This document shows positions 61,798-64,000 of a DNA stretch of 64,000 bases, in pieces. The notes under the pieces were generated by a model, which made no database searches, had not been told where the DNA came from, and saw nothing but the letters and a program-made list of their open reading frames with translations. The position numbers and the translations under genes were made by a program. Positions within the stretch are counted from its first letter, which is position 1. Each line of letters starts with the position of its first letter. The stretch lies in assembly GCA_020891255.1 (NCBI GenBank), contig BQFW01000014.1, positions 1,612,001-1,676,000 of the forward strand, in the 5' to 3' direction. Source of the DNA: Entomortierella parvispora E1425. Lineage: Eukaryota > Fungi > Mortierellomycota.

Positions 61798-62622
61798 TTA
61801 AGGCGCAACAAGGGAGCAGCCGTTGTGGTCGGGCAATCTGCCGAGGATGATGAGCAAAATGTCGACAATGTACCAGATACCAAATCCGCCAGCTAAAAAA
61901 ACACAAGAGCAAATTCATCCTTCGTTAGCACAAATTACGGAAGAAAGTAAAAATCATGCAAAAAAAAAAAAAAAAAGCGGTATGCAGGAAAACAGGAAAT
62001 GAAAAGTTCCCACACAAGGATGAATCCAGCACCACTTTTGTTGGGAAAGAAGACATCTTTTTTTTTTTTTTTTTTTCGTTCTGATGCCTCTCTTTTACTT
62101 TGAAACAAAAAGAAGGCGGAGGAGCAGAGGGAAGGAGGAAAAGGTGGGAAGAACAGGAAGAAAGAAACTCCTGTGCAACTTACCAGTGGCGAGCTTGAGA
62201 AGGGCCGAGATGACATAACCGAGGTAGAAGCGGTCGACACCGACGTATCCAAAGAAGATGGAGAGGAGGATGGCGATGGGGTAGCTGCGGTCTGATTGGC
62301 AGACGTCGGGGTGGTGGGCACCAGTCTTCAAGAGGACCTCGGACATGAAGCCAGCCTCACCACCGTCGGGGGTTCCTGGACCGGGAGTGGGAGTAGGAGT
62401 GGGCGTGGTGTCCTTGTCGTGGAGATGGTAGTAGTGCAGTCCGACGACAGCAGAGATGGCGACGACGGCGGCAAAGAGCCAGAGAGCAAAGTAGCGCTTG
62501 CGGTGGTGGTGCACATGGCGGAAGGTCCTGCCAACGAGGGTGACCTGGACTTGGTCGTCGTTGTTGTTCAAGAGACCGCGCGACTCGTCGTCAGTTCGCT
62601 GGGTGGTACCGTAGTGGGCCAT
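61798..62622 (-). CDS. TM2-domain membrane protein, 2 exons
   Basis: CQSDRSYPIAILLSIFFGYVGVDRFYLGYVISALLKLATAGGFGIWYIVDILLIILGRLPDHNG (TM2 signature DRFYLG...GG.GIW...D). Confidence 0.9.
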
Positions 62623-63545
62623 AGTTGGATGTTGAAGGGTTGATGAGAGTGATGGGAAGGAGGAGAGCGGTGGAGAACAAGGAGTGGAAGAAGAGAAGAG
62701 AAGGGAAGGTGAAGAGAGGAGAGAAAAAGAAGAGCGGGACAGGGACGGAAAGAGAGAGAAATGGGCGAGCACGCGACAAACACGAATAAATTATAAATGA
62801 TTTCATCTTGATATAGGATATGGAATAATTTAATCGCATTTCCATCCTGCAATCCCCGCTCGTCCCTTTCTCCCTTCCCGCCCTTCTCTTTCTCTCTCTC
62901 TGTCTCTCTTTTTTTTTTTTTTTTTTCCTTTTCTTGACTCTCATCTCAATCCCTTCATCTCTTCCCTCCATCTCTTTCTTTCTCCATCCCTGTCCATCCC
63001 CTTCTCTCTCTTCCCTCCCGCCTCTTTCCCCCCCTCTTTCTTCTCCCTTCCCTCGCTAACGATCCCTTCCTGCATTGATATGACACCTCCATATCGCATT
63101 CTTTAATGACCTTTGACCATCACTCTCTATCGACCTCTATCTCTTTCTGAACCACCAACTCGCTCTCTACAACCACCGCCATTCACCATCATTGTCTGAT
63201 TCATTCCGTTCATTCCGCTGAATCATTCATTCTTCTCTTCTTTTTGGCAGTGCTTGTCTATTGAAGCTTATCTTGTGTTGCTTGCTCCACCTCCCAATCC
63301 TCTTGACCATCGTGCTAGCGCAAACTAGTTCAGCCGGACCACACTTACCCTCACCCTTCTCTCTTTGTGGGCATTTTGTCTCTTTGACCCTACCACCCTA
63401 CCTTCTGTCTCTTCGACGCCCTCTTCTTTCCTCTACCCTTCCATACCCTCTTTCTTCTCTGCAAGAAGAAAGAACAAAACTACACAGCTTTTTCTTTTTC
63501 TTTTTTTTTTTTTTTCCCTTTTTTTGGGTATTCCTTGTCGCCGAC

Positions 63546-64000
63546 ATGGGAAACTTTCTCTCTCAATTCAACGAGCTCGTCAACCGGGATGCAGACTCGA
63601 AGGTACCTGACGTCAACCTTGACTTTGAAGGTAAAGCCGGGAATACTCCATCCATCCATCCATTCATCGATCCATCCCCGACGCGTCATGCTGAGACATG
63701 GATTGTCTCCGTCTTGGAATCATACATTCCTAGCCCTGTCTGTTTAACATGCGCGACGCCCACCTTCTTTTTGTCTTGCCTTGGTTGATCTCTAGATTCA
63801 ACCATGTCCGAGGAGAATCTCGAGCCGTTCGAAGCCTTGGGACCAACGGCCGAACTGCTAGACATGCTGCGAAACTACGAGGGGTGTGGCGAATATATCC
63901 GTCAGGTAAGGAATTCTTTGCCCAGGACACCGGATCGGCTTTCTAGCAGGAGCGGGAACAGGACTCCTCGACATCGCCATGGTGGATCGTGCCATTAGTA
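63546..64000 (+). CDS. CYRI: CYRI/FAM49 (DUF1394) Rac1-binding regulator, 5' part only
   Basis: MGNFLSQF...DVNLDFE / DSTMSEENLEPFEALGPTAELLDMLRNYEGCGEYIRQ (exons 63546-63630 and ~63796-63905). This parallels the animal MGNLLKVL...FFLDFE...L..Y.G.G.EIR pattern and keeps Gly2. Confidence 0.8.

Overview
Eukaryotic, intron-rich fungal DNA with GT-AG introns and T-rich acceptor tracts. The gene content (CYRI/FAM49, TMEM18, TM2-domain protein, long ELYS, MLKL-like pseudokinase) points to an early-diverging fungus, most likely Mucoromycota/Mortierellaceae; this is inference, not a database result. I assembled 18 host protein genes by hand across introns: J-domain protein, VPS68, PEX16, SLC35F6-like, RPS7, PWWP protein, SER1, P4-ATPase, TMEM18, DUG1, MLKL-like pseudokinase-Sel1, RBR E3 ligase, Crz1-like C2H2 factor, MDJ1, TVP38, ELYS, TM2-domain protein and CYRI (runs off the right edge). 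There is one tRNA-Phe(GAA). Two accessory islands (about 0.5-4.8 kb and 14.3-18.5 kb) share an architecture: a tandem array of structured units directly upstream of a multi-exon gene for a PD-(D/E)xK-like nuclease-fold protein. One gene is decayed; the other is an 8-exon gene broken only by one in-frame TGA. A foldback/MITE-like element lies just downstream of the tRNA. The most interesting items are the repeated array-plus-nuclease cassette, the MLKL-like protein with a six-unit P-x-S-P repeat, and an RBR ligase whose RING1 is split by about 250 residues. Most of the supplied short ORFs are antisense or low-complexity shadows. All product calls come from motif recognition by eye.
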